DNA from: Candidatus Latescibacterota bacterium
Lineage (GTDB): Bacteria > Latescibacterota > UBA2968
Direction: 5' to 3'
DNA length: 64,000 bases
Assembly: GCA_965198115.1 (NCBI GenBank)
Contig: OZ240241.1
Span: 5,952,001-6,016,000 of the forward strand
Shown: one piece after another, positions 47,600 to 60,776 of the stretch
Position numbering within the stretch: the first letter of the stretch is position 1
How the letters are laid out: each line of letters starts with the position of its first letter
Position numbers and translations under genes: made by a program
The notes under the pieces: model-generated
Told to the model about the DNA's origin: nothing
Database searches by the model: none
Seen by the model: only the letters and a program-made list of their open reading frames with translations

Positions 47600-48850
47600 T
47601 CAGGGAAGCCGAATGTCCACGTGGAGTTTATCTCGTGTCTCAGCCATCAGACGGTCGAAAAGATCCTGGAGCTTTGACTGGCGAACCAGATCTTCGAGTT
47701 CGGCGTCTTCATCGTTGACCCGAACGAGATGCCATCCGAACTCCGACTGAATCGGAGGACTCACATCGCCCAACGACATTCCAGACATGGCGTGCGCGAA
47801 CCCCGGTGGGGGATTTTCTTCCGTATAGGTCCCCAGAGTCCCGCCCTGGGCAGCCGATTCGGCGTGGTCGGAAAATTCTCGAGCCAGATCGGCGAAGTTC
47901 TCGCCGTTCTGAACGCGTTCGTAGAGTTTTACCGTCTTCTGGTAGGCCAGTGTCACGTCAGCCTCCGACGGCTGGAGGGCGATCAATATGTGACGCGCGC
48001 GGACTCGCTCACCAGAGATTTCTTCCAACTTGAGGATGTGGAAGCCGAAGTCGCTCTTCACGACCTCGCTCAGCTCACCCGGGCGAAGCGCGTAGGCTGC
48101 CGTTTCGACTTCCGAAACCATGTCGCCGCGGCCGAAGAACCCCAGGTCGCCGCCGTTCGGGCCGCTTCCAGGATCTTCCGAAAACTCGCGTGCCAGGGCG
48201 GCGAAATCCACGCCCTTCCGTGCGCGTTCCAGGATGAGCTCGATCCGTCCCCGGGCTTCGTTCTGCCGGTCGGGAGCGGCCACGGGCGACACCATGATGT
48301 GGCTCAGGGAGTAGATGGGTGGCAACCGGCCCTCGTGCCGGGTTCGAAAGTCCTGAAGATCCCGTCGCGTGACCGACACATCCTGAACCATCCGGCCATA
48401 CATCATCTGCCGGATCATCTCCTTACGGAATCGCTTTCGCAATCGATCCCGCACCTCGCGTTCGGTCAAACCCTCTTCCCGCAACTGCTGTGAGAAGACT
48501 GCAGCCCCATACTCATCTTTCATCTCACGGATCCGCTCTCGAACGCGTTCTTCGATCACGTCTCGAGGAACCTCGACGCTGTCCTCTTTGGCCCTCGCAA
48601 GCAGAAGCTGTTCCTGAATCAGATTCTCCAGGAGCTCGAGAAAGATCTTCTCCCCCTTGCCCGCTACAAGATCTTCGCGCGACAGTCCCTGCTGCAGAGC
48701 CACGACCGCCATCTGCGTGAGGATGTCCGATCGCAGGATGATCGATCGGTCGACGACCGCCACGATCTCGTCGGCGAGCTCACGGCGAGCCGCCGAGTGG
48801 GCGGGCACCACGATCATCGCGATCAGTAGCCACGGGAGACAGCGTTTCAC
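47600..48850 (-). CDS. surA: SurA-like chaperone with two parvulin PPIase domains
   Basis: DEIVAVV, FAALAREFSED...GGDLG, SDFGFHI, second parvulin domain. Confidence 0.85.
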   Translation of the reverse strand: MKRCLPWLLIAMIVVPAHSAARRELADEIVAVVDRSIILRSDILTQMAVVALQQGLSREDLVAGKGEKIFLELLENLIQEQLLLARAKEDSVEVPRDVIEERVRERIREMKDEYGAAVFSQQLREEGLTEREVRDRLRKRFRKEMIRQMMYGRMVQDVSVTRRDLQDFRTRHEGRLPPIYSLSHIMVSPVAAPDRQNEARGRIELILERARKGVDFAALAREFSEDPGSGPNGGDLGFFGRGDMVSEVETAAYALRPGELSEVVKSDFGFHILKLEEISGERVRARHILIALQPSEADVTLAYQKTVKLYERVQNGENFADLAREFSDHAESAAQGGTLGTYTEENPPPGFAHAMSGMSLGDVSPPIQSEFGWHLVRVNDEDAELEDLVRQSKLQDLFDRLMAETRDKLHVDIRLP

Positions 48851-49680
48851 GTCAGTTTGTGTCCGATTTCAGCGCGTCTTCGTAAACTAGTGACCGGCAC
48901 GCGGTTTCTGATGGCGTCCAGCAGAGCCTGCCTGGCACGATCGCGGCGGGACGACAGAATCCGCTGTCGAATTTCGCCCCGCACCTCCAGCAGGTCTCTC
49001 ACGATACCGGCATCACGACGGTCGAGAACCTCGATCAGGTGGTGACCCAGGTGGGTCCGCGCCTGAACGGGCCGGCCGACTTGGGCCCCTTCGTAGACTG
49101 ACCAGAAGGCCGGGTCAACGCGGTCTTCGCTAAAGTAACCCAGGTCACCGCCTCGCTCGGCCGACTCGTCGATCGATTCTTCCCTCGCCACCTGATCGAA
49201 CAGTTCACCACGTTCGAGCCGGCCCTTCACACGGCCGAGGTCCGCCCGATTGGCGACGAGAATGTGTCGTGCCCGGAGCGACGGCTGGTCGCGAACGAAA
49301 TCATCCTGATGCTCCAGGTAGTATTGCTGGATCGTCTCCTCGTTCAGATCCGCGTCCTGCGAATAGGTTCGCTCGAGCAACTCGGCCGTGAGCAGGTCGC
49401 GGCGCGCCTGCTCGATCTGTTGCAGGAGGGAGAGGTCCTTGTCCAGCTCCAGCCGAGTCGCCTCCTGGTAGAATAATTGCTCATCCACCCACGCATCGAC
49501 CAGCCGGCGTCGATCCGCTGCGTGCACACGGCCCGCCATCTGGACGGGGATTCGCGAGTCCAGCTCCTGAGCGGTCAAATAGGTCTTTCCGACCTTCGCC
49601 AGGAGGTCACCCGTCGGCACGTCCTGACAGCCGAACCCGACCAGACAGATCAGGGCCAACGCCGCACGACGGACGCCCAT
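48847..49680 (-). CDS. Parvulin-type PPIase lipoprotein
   Basis: Lipobox-like GFGC, ARHILV, GGDLGYF. Confidence 0.85.
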   Translation of the reverse strand: MGVRRAALALICLVGFGCQDVPTGDLLAKVGKTYLTAQELDSRIPVQMAGRVHAADRRRLVDAWVDEQLFYQEATRLELDKDLSLLQQIEQARRDLLTAELLERTYSQDADLNEETIQQYYLEHQDDFVRDQPSLRARHILVANRADLGRVKGRLERGELFDQVAREESIDESAERGGDLGYFSEDRVDPAFWSVYEGAQVGRPVQARTHLGHHLIEVLDRRDAGIVRDLLEVRGEIRQRILSSRRDRARQALLDAIRNRVPVTSLRRRAEIGHKLT

Positions 49681-49754
49681 GAAAATACCCTCGAATCGCT
49701 CTAACTCTCTGAAGATCAAAAAGTTCCGTCAATATTACCGCGGAATATAGGGCT

Positions 49755-52700
49755 TCAAATCAGGCTCATCAATACCTTTTTGGCCGACGCAACTCGTCCC
49801 GCGGCGCTGTTGCCTTCCAACTCGACTTCGATCTTCGCCGTCTCGCCCAGAAGGAACTGGAGGGGCTGGGGCGACTGCTTGACCATGCGTTCCACGTCTC
49901 CACGCGATAACGGGGCGTCGGACAGGAACGTCAGCGTCAAGATCTGACCCACGTTGAGCGTCTCGATCTTGAGCTGCCGGCTCAACAGACGAAGATGGAG
50001 CGTGTCCAGGAGCGACGACGTCGGTTCGGGAAGTTTACCAAAGCGATCCTGGAGCTCTTCTTCGATCGCCAGGACCTCGACCGGCTGGTGTACTTCCCCA
50101 AGACGCTGGTAGAAGCTCATCTTCTCGTCGGCATCGGGCAAGTAGTCGTCGGGAATGTAGGCCGATACGCTCACTTGAATGTCGGGATCGACCCCGGGTT
50201 CCACCTCCACACCCTTGATCTCGTTGACCGCCTCATCCAGCAGTCGACAATACATATCGAACCCGATCGCAGAGATGTGTCCGTGCTGTTGGGCGCCCAG
50301 TAGGTTTCCTGCGCCGCGAATCTCCATGTCTCGCATCGAGATGTGAAAACCCGAACCCAGATCGGAGAATTCCTCGATCGCTCGAAGCCGTCTCACGGCT
50401 GGTTTTCGCAGCGCCTTCCACGACTGGATCAACAGGAAAGCGTAGGCCCGCTGATTGGACCGGCCCACGCGACCTCGAAGCTGGTAGAGCTGCGCCAGAC
50501 CCAACCGGTCGGCGCGGTTCACGATCAGCGTGTTCACGGAAGGGATGTCCAAACCCGACTCGATGATCATCGTCGAAATGAGACAGTCATACTTCCGATC
50601 CATGAAGTCGATCATCACTTTTTCAAGGTCTCGCTCCGCCATCTGTCCGTGCCCCACGCCGAAACGTACCTGGGGAACGAGTCGCTCCAAGAATTCCTTC
50701 ATCGTGTGGATCGACTGGATGCGGTTGTGTACGAAGTAAACCTGCCCCCCGCGGTCGATCTCTCGTAGAATGGCCTCGGCGATATGCTCTTCCGAAAACG
50801 CCTGGATCTCCGTGTGGATGGGCAGCCGCTCTTTGGGTGCTGTTTCGATGATCGACATGTCGCGTGCCCCCATCAGCGACATGTGGAGGGTGCGAGGAAT
50901 CGGTGTGGCTGTCAGCGTCAGAACGTCGACGAGTCGACGCAACTGTTTGAGGCGCTCCTTGTGACGCACCCCGAAGCGGTGTTCTTCGTCCACGACCAGC
51001 AGACCGAGATCCTTGAACGCGACATCTTTGGACAGCAGTCGGTGCGTGCCGATCAGCACATCCACTCGACCCGATTTTGCACCCATGATGACCCTGGTTT
51101 GCTCGGTCCGCGTGCGAAAACGTGAGAGGACGTCCACGCGAACGGGTAGCTCTTGCATCCGCTCCTGAAACGTGCGCCCGTGCTGTTGGGCCAGAATCGT
51201 CGTCGGCACGAGCACAGCGACCTGTTTTCCGTCACTGATCGCCTTGAACGCCGCGCGAATGGCGACTTCGGTCTTTCCGTAGCCGACATCACCGCAGATC
51301 AGACGGTCCATCGGCGCGGAGGCTTCCATGTCTTCGCGAACGTCATCGATCGCCTGCATCTGGTCACGCGTTTCCTGATAGGGGAACGAAGCGGCCAGAG
51401 CCAGGTGGAGCGCGCCGTCGGTGGCAAACGACGTACCGGGTCGAGCCTTCCGCTCGGCATACAGCGCGACGAGCTCTGTCGCCATCTTGAAGATTTCCTT
51501 CTTCGTCTTCTCCTTGACACGCTCCCACGCCGCCGTGCCCAGCTTGCTCAGGATCGGGGCCGCACCCTCCTGGCTCGAGTACTTCTGAACCCGGTCCATC
51601 TGGTCGACCGGCACGAAAACCCGGTCTCCTTCGCGGTAGGACAGAGTCAGACAGTCACGGCTGATCCCGTCGACCGACAACCGATCGAGACCCGCGTAAC
51701 GGCCGATCCCGTGGTCTACGTGCACCACGAAATCCCCCTTCTGGAGCGCCGTCACGCTCTTTATAGGTGCACCTTCACTGAATCGTCGGTAGCGCCTCTG
51801 CCGACGGTGTCGGCTGTAGACCTCGTGGTCGTTCGTCACCGCCACCTGGCCGGCAGGATAGATGAACCCGGTCTGGAGCGTTCCGACATCGACCGCAAGC
51901 GTCGCGCTCGATTCGGCCAGCAACTCCTCCATTCGGGCCTTCTGACCCTGGCTCTCGCACAACAGTACCAGATCGTATCCGTCACGCCAGAGTCGGGTCA
52001 GGTCGTCTTCCAGGACGGGAAGGTGCCCCTCGTATCGCCGGGCGGAAAGACCCCCGAAGTCCAGGCAGTTTTCTGGTGTTCCCAGCACTTCATTTTGGAC
52101 ACGGGCCCTCGCTGCCAAGTGGGTCTGGACGGAGTCGACCGACACGACCACCTCTGTCCACGGCAGGGGTTCAGGTTCGTCACGTCTGGGTTTCTGTCTC
52201 TCCGCCGACTTCTGAATCCGTTCGGTGGCGCTCTCGAGTGCCGTCTCGACGGACGGAGGATCGTCCACGAAGACAAGCCCTTCTTCGGGCACGTGATCGA
52301 ACAACGTGCACGTTCCTTCATACAGCGTGCCCAGATACTGCTCTGCGCCGTCGAAGGCCCCCTCCGTCGCGAGGGACTCTCTAAGGACCGTCAGGTCGAT
52401 TCCTACCCGTTTTTCGAGCGCAACGAGGTTTTCCTGGTAGACATCCTGCATCGTATCGACGAAAACGACCTCCCGGGCTGGCAGGATGCGAACGGTCTCG
52501 AGCGTTTCCACCGAACGCTGGGTCACCAGGTCGAAGGCACGGATCGACGTGATCTCATCCCCCCAGAACTCGAGTCGAACGGGGTGATCGTTTCCGAAGG
52601 AGCAGACGTCCAGAATGCCGCCGCGGATCGAGAACTGACCAACTCCCTCGACCCGCTTCACGTGTTCGTAGCCCGTCTCGACCAGATGGGTCGCGAGTTC

Positions 52701-53180
52701 CTGAAGGTCGGCTTCATCCGAGACGCTCAAATCCTGTACCGCAAGGTCGTAAAGATCGAACGAAAGCGTATGGCTCAGCAGGGCCGACGCCGTCGTCACG
52801 ATGACGCCTTTGCCCGTGCGAAGCAGGTCGAGCGCCTCGACCCGGAGGCCCACGACATCCAGGTGGGGTGAGCGACCCTCATAGGGCGACATGTCCCAGT
52901 CGGGGAAGTAGCCGACGGTGCCAGGTGGCAGGATGCGTTCGAGATCGTCGCGAACGGCGTCGGCTCGCTCCGTGTCCGCATAGACGGCCAGAACCGGACG
53001 CGCGTGCAGTTCGGTCAGGTGCGCGAGGGCGAACGCGGCCAGCGAGCCGGGCAGACCCCGAACCGGCAGCTGTGCCGATGCCTCGGGCAGGCGCTCTCCG
53101 AGCGCTCGGAAGGGCTCTGTTTCGCGGAGACGTCTGTAAATGCGCCTGATGGGCAGAGAAGCCTCTGAGGACAACGCCAA
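49755..53180 (-). CDS. mfd: Transcription-repair coupling factor
   Basis: [52 protein letters not shown]; TTG start after AGGGAGG. Confidence 0.96.
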   Translation of the reverse strand: MALSSEASLPIRRIYRRLRETEPFRALGERLPEASAQLPVRGLPGSLAAFALAHLTELHARPVLAVYADTERADAVRDDLERILPPGTVGYFPDWDMSPYEGRSPHLDVVGLRVEALDLLRTGKGVIVTTASALLSHTLSFDLYDLAVQDLSVSDEADLQELATHLVETGYEHVKRVEGVGQFSIRGGILDVCSFGNDHPVRLEFWGDEITSIRAFDLVTQRSVETLETVRILPAREVVFVDTMQDVYQENLVALEKRVGIDLTVLRESLATEGAFDGAEQYLGTLYEGTCTLFDHVPEEGLVFVDDPPSVETALESATERIQKSAERQKPRRDEPEPLPWTEVVVSVDSVQTHLAARARVQNEVLGTPENCLDFGGLSARRYEGHLPVLEDDLTRLWRDGYDLVLLCESQGQKARMEELLAESSATLAVDVGTLQTGFIYPAGQVAVTNDHEVYSRHRRQRRYRRFSEGAPIKSVTALQKGDFVVHVDHGIGRYAGLDRLSVDGISRDCLTLSYREGDRVFVPVDQMDRVQKYSSQEGAAPILSKLGTAAWERVKEKTKKEIFKMATELVALYAERKARPGTSFATDGALHLALAASFPYQETRDQMQAIDDVREDMEASAPMDRLICGDVGYGKTEVAIRAAFKAISDGKQVAVLVPTTILAQQHGRTFQERMQELPVRVDVLSRFRTRTEQTRVIMGAKSGRVDVLIGTHRLLSKDVAFKDLGLLVVDEEHRFGVRHKERLKQLRRLVDVLTLTATPIPRTLHMSLMGARDMSIIETAPKERLPIHTEIQAFSEEHIAEAILREIDRGGQVYFVHNRIQSIHTMKEFLERLVPQVRFGVGHGQMAERDLEKVMIDFMDRKYDCLISTMIIESGLDIPSVNTLIVNRADRLGLAQLYQLRGRVGRSNQRAYAFLLIQSWKALRKPAVRRLRAIEEFSDLGSGFHISMRDMEIRGAGNLLGAQQHGHISAIGFDMYCRLLDEAVNEIKGVEVEPGVDPDIQVSVSAYIPDDYLPDADEKMSFYQRLGEVHQPVEVLAIEEELQDRFGKLPEPTSSLLDTLHLRLLSRQLKIETLNVGQILTLTFLSDAPLSRGDVERMVKQSPQPLQFLLGETAKIEVELEGNSAAGRVASAKKVLMSLI

Positions 53181-53264
53181 AAGCCACCTCCCTACATCGG
53201 GGAAGGTGGTCGGCAAAACAACAAATCGGCTCAAGGCGAGGCGACGAGCCGAAGCGGGTAAATT

Positions 53265-53342
53265 TGGCGGGGTAGACGGGGCTCGAACCCGCGACCTTCG
53301 GCGTGACAGGCCGACACTCTAACCAGACTGAGCTACTACCCC
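53265..53342 (-). tRNA. tRNA-Asp (GTC)
   Basis: Full cloverleaf, anticodon loop CT-GTC-AC, G73, encoded CCA. Confidence 0.97.
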
Positions 53343-53370
53343 GCACCAAGACCTGGGGTCAAGGATTCGG

Positions 53371-53399
53371 AAAGTAACATAGGTCACCGGGGGTGTCAA
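53371..53399 (-). promoter_or_regulatory. Sigma70 promoter of tRNA-Asp
   Basis: TTGACA-N17-TACTTT. Confidence 0.75.
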
Positions 53400-53554
53400 G
53401 CCAATTCGCCCGTTCGCGGTCGCCGAACCGCCCGTTCCCCAGGGGTTTAGACGACTTTTGGGTTCTCGGGCCGCGTTGCGTAGCACCGGTCGATGTGGTA
53501 TATTTTGCGCTTTCCACGCCAACGGAATCACCCCGTTTTTCGGAGTCCGCAACG

Positions 53555-54861
53555 TTGAATTCGGAACCCATCGGAGTCGGTTTACTCGGGCTTGGTGTCG
53601 TGGGCAGCGGTGTCCACCAGATCCTTCAGAATCGAGAGGATACGTTCGCGCAAGACCACGGATTCCGTCTCGACGTCCGCCGCATTGCGGTGCGAGACAC
53701 GACCCGGCAGCGGTCGGTGCCGGTCCCGGCCGGCCGCCTTACCGACGACGCCGGCGGAGTCATCGACGATCCGGACGTCCAGATCGTCATCGAGGTCATC
53801 GGGGGGCTCGAACCCGCAAGGGAACTGTGTCTTTCGGCCATCAGGGCTGGCAAGGACGTCGTCACGGCCAACAAGGCCCTGATCGCCGAGCACGGTGCCG
53901 AACTGTTCGAAACCGCATTCGCGAACGACGCTGGCCTCGCGTTCGAAGCCAGCGTGTGCGGCGGCATTCCGATCATCCGCTCACTGACCCAGGGGCTTTC
54001 GGCAAACGGGATCGACTCGCTCTACGGTATCCTGAACGGCACGACGAACTACATTCTCACTAAAATGTCCGATGAGGGCGGATCTTACGACGAAATCCTG
54101 AAACGGGCTCAGGACCTGGGTTTCGCGGAGGCCGATCCGACGATGGACGTCGACGGAACCGACGCCGCCCAAAAGCTGTCGATTCTGTGTCGTCTCGCCT
54201 TCCGAGCCGAGATACCCTACACGCAGATCCTTCGAGAAGGCATCGACAAGATCACGGCACTCGACATCGAATATGCCCGTAACCTCGGCTATGCCATCAA
54301 ACTGCTCGGGATCGCTCGATCGGCGGGAGACCAGGTCGAAGCCCGTGTCCATCCGACGCTGGTCCCGACAGACGCGTTGCTCGCGAACATCAAGGACGAA
54401 TTCAACGCTGTCGAGGTGGTTGGCGACGCCGCCGGACCCCAGGTTTATTACGGACGGGGAGCCGGCCCCTACCCACGGCTAGCGCCATCGTCTCCGACTT
54501 GCTCGAACAGGCAGATCGACGGACAACGGGACGCCAGCGGATTAGTCGCCGTCTCGTAGACGTCAAAACCGGTGCCCCCATCCCGAAGGGCCAGATCGAG
54601 ACGAGTTACTACTGTCGCTTCACCGTACAGGATACCCCTGGTGTTCTGGCCGAAATTGCGCAGATTTTCTCACAACACACGATCAGTATCGCCACCGTCA
54701 TTCAGCAGGGTCGGTCCGAGGAGGAAAGGGGCGCCGTCCCTCTGATCATGACGACCCACGAAGCCGTCGAGGCCGACATGCAGCGAGCGATCGACGGCAT
54801 CGGCGATCTGGTCACGGTCCGGGAAACACCCCAGGTTCTTCGGATCGAATCCTTCAAGTAA
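53555..54861 (+). CDS. hom: Homoserine dehydrogenase with ACT domain, 1-nt frameshift near 54468
   Basis: GLGVVG, VTANKAL, EASVCGGIP, GILNGTTNY, YGRGAG / PTASAIVSD; C-terminal ACT domain. Confidence 0.93.
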
Positions 54862-54874
54862 AGCGAGTGACCGC

Positions 54875-55141
54875 ATGGATCTCTTTGCTGCCATCTTCAT
54901 CGTCGTAGCACTCGGTTCGACGGTGCTCGTCAAATACGCGACGACGGTGCGGACGATCCGTCTGCGCGAAACCTTGATCGAGGTCGAGAGCGAACTCAGA
55001 ACCGAGCGAGGGAAGCTCAAAGCTGCTCAGAACCAGAAGGAAGTCCTCACGCGTGAACTGAAGAAGGCCCAGCGCCAGAAGAAGTCGCTCGACAAGAAAT
55101 CGAAACACTACGAAGAGGAGTTGACGAGTCTGAATCGATGA
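54875..55141 (+). CDS. Small TM plus coiled-coil protein
   Basis: N-terminal hydrophobic helix and charged heptads; terminator follows. Confidence 0.7.
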   Translation: MDLFAAIFIVVALGSTVLVKYATTVRTIRLRETLIEVESELRTERGKLKAAQNQKEVLTRELKKAQRQKKSLDKKSKHYEEELTSLNR

Positions 55142-55161
55142 CGGTTTTTTAACAAACGACG

Positions 55162-55198
55162 AACGCGCCCGTTCCCGGTTGGGAGCAGGCGCGTTTTT
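55162..55198 (+). terminator. Intrinsic terminator between convergent genes
   Basis: AACGCGCCCGTTCCC-loop-GGGAGCAGGCGCGTT followed by TTT. Confidence 0.65.
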
Positions 55199-55218
55199 CG
55201 TTCGATGCTGAAATCTCG

Positions 55219-55818
55219 TCAGCGGCTGGCCACGTGCGCTTCCATGCCCATGAGCACGCGGAGTTTCGGTTCGAGCTGTTCGCGTGTTCGCGGGCCTACG
55301 TGTTTTTCGTAGATCATTCCTGTGCGGTCGATGAGGAACGTGGTCGGCATGAGGGCGATACTGCCGTCGGCGACGACGGGTGGCTCGTGGCCGAATCCGT
55401 CGATCGTCGGAATCGCCTCGACCCTCGACCAGATGCGCTCCATCTTGTCCACGGGCTCGAGCGCAATGGGGTAGGTAAGACCGATCTTCGCCACGAAGCG
55501 TTTTACGTAATCCCGACCACCCGCATCCATGGAAACACCCACGACGACGAGTCCGTCGTTCTTGTAGGCCCGATGCAGTTCCTCGAAATGGGGAAGCTCG
55601 ACGCGGCACGGCGGGCACCACGTCGCCCAAAAGTTCAGGACCACGACGTTGCCACGTAGCGCCGACAGCCGAACGTCCTGGCCGTCGAGGTAGTGAAGCG
55701 TCACGTCGGGCGCCGCGATGGTCCCGACGCGGTCTGTTTCGTCTCCGGCGTCGCCACAGCTCGCAACGAGCAGTGCGAGCAGGGGGAAAAGCAGACGAAG
55801 GAAACCGTGGGTGTTCAA
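55219..55818 (-). CDS. TlpA/ResA-family thiol-disulfide oxidoreductase lipoprotein
   Basis: Lipobox VASC; LNFWATWCPPCRVELP; MPTTFLID. Confidence 0.9.
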   Translation of the reverse strand: MNTHGFLRLLFPLLALLVASCGDAGDETDRVGTIAAPDVTLHYLDGQDVRLSALRGNVVVLNFWATWCPPCRVELPHFEELHRAYKNDGLVVVGVSMDAGGRDYVKRFVAKIGLTYPIALEPVDKMERIWSRVEAIPTIDGFGHEPPVVADGSIALMPTTFLIDRTGMIYEKHVGPRTREQLEPKLRVLMGMEAHVASR

Positions 55819-55961
55819 GATGCCCTCCTCTGGGTAGCTGTTCGATAAGCCCAGAGTGAGCAACAGCTATGCCATTCCCGGTTGTTCGCCGGGAGACCGG
55901 CGATGGCGACGGATTGTCGGGTCTGACGTCTCATCCAATCGAGTCGACTCTACCGATGGCA

Positions 55962-58448
55962 TCAGGATGCGTCCGAAGAGCCTACAGCGCCGTTTCCCTG
56001 TCCGTTCGCGCTCCCCTCGCCGTGTTCGGGTTGCTCATCGATCCGCGCGACGTCGATCACACGATCCCCCTCACCCAGGTTGATCAACCTCACCCCCTGC
56101 GTGTTTCGCCCGATGATGTTCACGCCCTTCGTGGGCAGGCGAATCAGGATGCCGTCCTGAGAGATAATCATCACCTCGTCGGCGTCGCTGACGCCCTTGA
56201 TCGCGACCACGCCGCCGTTCCGGTCGGTCGTCTTGATGTTGATAACGCCCTTTCCCCCCCGCCGTGTCAACCGGTAGTCGGAAATCTCCGTTCGTTTGCC
56301 GTAGCCCAGTTCGCAAACCGTCAGCAGCCCCGCCGAGTCGTCGGCGACCACCATGCCGATTACGCGGTCATCCCCTTCGAGCTGAATCCCGCGGACCCCC
56401 TGGCTCCCACGTCCGGTCGGTCGCACATCCCGTTCGTGGAAGCGAACGGCCTGGCCGTCACGAGTGGCGACGATGATTTCCTGATCTCCGTCGGAGATCC
56501 AGGCTTCGACGAGTTCGTCGTCGTCCAGAATGGTCATGGCAATGATGCCCCCCCGACGCGGTCGGCTGTAGGCCGACAGAGCAGTCTTTTTGACCTGCCC
56601 CTGGCGCGTCGTCTGGACGAGGAATCGGTCTTCGTCGAACGTCTTGACCGGCACGATCGCTGCGACCTTGTGGGTTTCGTCGATGTCGATCAAGTTGATC
56701 ACGGGTCGACCTCGCGCCACGCGTGTCCCCTGCGGGATCCGGTAGACCTTCAGCCAGTGGCAATGCCCCTTGTCGGTCAGGAAGAGGATGTAGTCGTGGG
56801 TCGAGGCGACGAACAGGTGCTCGACGAAATCTTCTTCCTTCGTGGCCATACCGGCGACACCGCGGCCGCCCCGATGTTGGCTCCGGTAGGTGTCGACCGG
56901 AATCCGCTTGATGTAGCCGCTATGTGAGATCGTGATGACCACATCCTCGACCGGAATCAGGTCCTCCACGTCGATCTCTTCGGCAGAGACGACGATTTCG
57001 CTCCGTCGATCGTCGCCGTAAGCCTTTTTGATCTCGTTCAGCTCTTGCTTGATGATGTCCATTCGGACATCTCGGCTGTCGAGAATCCCCCGGAGGCGCT
57101 CGATCTCTTCCGTGAGCGATCGATATTCGTCCTCGATCTTCTGCTGTTCCAGGTTGGTCAGACGCTGGAGGGTCATCGTCAGGATCGCCTGTGCCTGCCG
57201 TTCCGTCAGCTCGAGCTGCTCCATCAACGCGACACGGGCTTCCGCCGGGTCCTCGGAGCCCCGGACGATGCGGATCACCTCGTCGATGTTGTCCAGCGCA
57301 ATGCGCAGCCCCTCCAAAATGTGTGCGCGCTCCTCGGCGACTCGCAATTCGAACGTCGTCCGCCGGACGACGACCTCGTGACGATGGTCGACGAAATGGA
57401 ACAACATCTCCTTCAAGTTCAGCTGGCGCGGCACGCCGTTCACCAGTGCGATTGTGTTCGCCGCGAACGTCGTCTCGAGCTGTGTGTGCTTGTAGAGCTG
57501 ATTCAGGACCACGTCGGGGTTGGCGTCGCGTCGCAATTCGACGACGATGCGTAGTCCCTCCCGATCGGACTCATCGCGAATGTTCGTGATTCCATCGATA
57601 TGTTTGTCCCGAACCAGGTCGGCCATTTTTTCCAGCAACGTGGCCTTTGCGACCATGTAGGGAATCTCGGTGATCACCACGACCTCTCGGTCGCCACGAG
57701 CTTCTTCCACGAAAGCCTTCGCGCGAACCCGGATGTGACCTTTGCCGAGGTGATACGCGGCCCGAACACCGACCATGCCGTGAATGATGCCCCCCGTCGG
57801 GAAATCCGGGGCCTTGACGTGCTCCATCAGCTCGTCGATCGAAATGTCGGGGTCGTCGATCAGGGCGCAAAGACCATCCACGATTTCCCTCAGGTTGTGA
57901 GGAGGAATCGCCGTCGCCATGCTGACCGCGATCCCCACGGCGCCGTTGCACAGCAAGTTTGGAAAACGCGACGGCAACACCGTCGGTTCTTCCAGGCGTT
58001 CGTCGTAGTTCGGCTGAAAATCGACGGTTTCCTTGTCGAGATCGGTCAGCATCTCGCCGCCCGCTCCGGCCAGACGGGACTCGGTGTATCGCATGGCCGC
58101 CGGGGGATACCCGTCGATCGAGCCGAAGTTGCCTTGGCCTTCGACGAGCAGGTATCGCATGCGGAAATCCTGTGCCAGGTGGACCAGCGTCGGGTAGACG
58201 ATCGCTTCGCCGTGTGGGTGGTAGTTGCCCGACGTATGACCGGCCACGTTCGCGCACTTGCGGTGCTGGCGGCCGGGTTGAAGACCCAGATCGTTCATGG
58301 CAACCAGAATCCGGCGCTGCGAGGGCTTGAGCCCGTCGCGAACGTCTGGCAACGCTCGGTTTACGAGCGTGCTCATGGAATAATCCAACATCGACTTGTT
58401 CAGCTCGTCGCCGATGTCGACTGGTACTATTCGTTGTCGCTCCAGCAT
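55962..58448 (-). CDS. gyrA: DNA gyrase subunit A
   Basis: RALPDVRDGLKP, AAMRYTE, GyrA-box QHRGGRG. Confidence 0.96.
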   Translation of the reverse strand: MLERQRIVPVDIGDELNKSMLDYSMSTLVNRALPDVRDGLKPSQRRILVAMNDLGLQPGRQHRKCANVAGHTSGNYHPHGEAIVYPTLVHLAQDFRMRYLLVEGQGNFGSIDGYPPAAMRYTESRLAGAGGEMLTDLDKETVDFQPNYDERLEEPTVLPSRFPNLLCNGAVGIAVSMATAIPPHNLREIVDGLCALIDDPDISIDELMEHVKAPDFPTGGIIHGMVGVRAAYHLGKGHIRVRAKAFVEEARGDREVVVITEIPYMVAKATLLEKMADLVRDKHIDGITNIRDESDREGLRIVVELRRDANPDVVLNQLYKHTQLETTFAANTIALVNGVPRQLNLKEMLFHFVDHRHEVVVRRTTFELRVAEERAHILEGLRIALDNIDEVIRIVRGSEDPAEARVALMEQLELTERQAQAILTMTLQRLTNLEQQKIEDEYRSLTEEIERLRGILDSRDVRMDIIKQELNEIKKAYGDDRRSEIVVSAEEIDVEDLIPVEDVVITISHSGYIKRIPVDTYRSQHRGGRGVAGMATKEEDFVEHLFVASTHDYILFLTDKGHCHWLKVYRIPQGTRVARGRPVINLIDIDETHKVAAIVPVKTFDEDRFLVQTTRQGQVKKTALSAYSRPRRGGIIAMTILDDDELVEAWISDGDQEIIVATRDGQAVRFHERDVRPTGRGSQGVRGIQLEGDDRVIGMVVADDSAGLLTVCELGYGKRTEISDYRLTRRGGKGVINIKTTDRNGGVVAIKGVSDADEVMIISQDGILIRLPTKGVNIIGRNTQGVRLINLGEGDRVIDVARIDEQPEHGEGSANGQGNGAVGSSDAS

Positions 58449-58499
58449 TGAAATTCGCTCTCCTGCTTCGATTGGCTGATCAGGGACATCGGTCGAGCG

Positions 58500-60431
<1,932 letters not shown>

Positions 60432-60443
60432 TCAAAATCTCCT

Positions 60444-60776
60444 TCAGGTGAACCGAATCGATCGGATGGCCGGTCCCCCGGCCATCTCGTTGAGCAATTC
60501 TACAAAGCGCTGTTCTTCGAACCGCAGACGATGCCGCCACACCGGATCCTTGATACGGACAATCATTTCGCCACTCTGGATCCGCTCGCTCGCGCTCACG
60601 GCCGCGGCCCGTTCGCCTGCCAGACGCTCTGCCGCTTCGGGCCAGGCCAGCACGGCCCGACGCTCGAGCAACGGTTGCTCGAGACCGGCGCGGCGCACGA
60701 AAGCCTTGATGACTTCCCCCAGGCTTTCGAGACGGCCTGCTCGGCTCGATGAGGGTTCAGAGGTCGACGATGCCAT
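60444..60776 (-). CDS. dciA: DUF721 / DciA-family protein
   Basis: Lies between recF and gyrB; SLGEVIK...WPE...VRIKDPVWRHRL. Confidence 0.8.
   Translation of the reverse strand: MASSTSEPSSSRAGRLESLGEVIKAFVRRAGLEQPLLERRAVLAWPEAAERLAGERAAAVSASERIQSGEMIVRIKDPVWRHRLRFEEQRFVELLNEMAGGPAIRSIRFT

Noticed and set aside
51153-52871. 572-aa plus-strand ORF and similar ORFs opposite gyrA, glmS and others
   Set aside because: Antisense shadows of GC-rich core genes.
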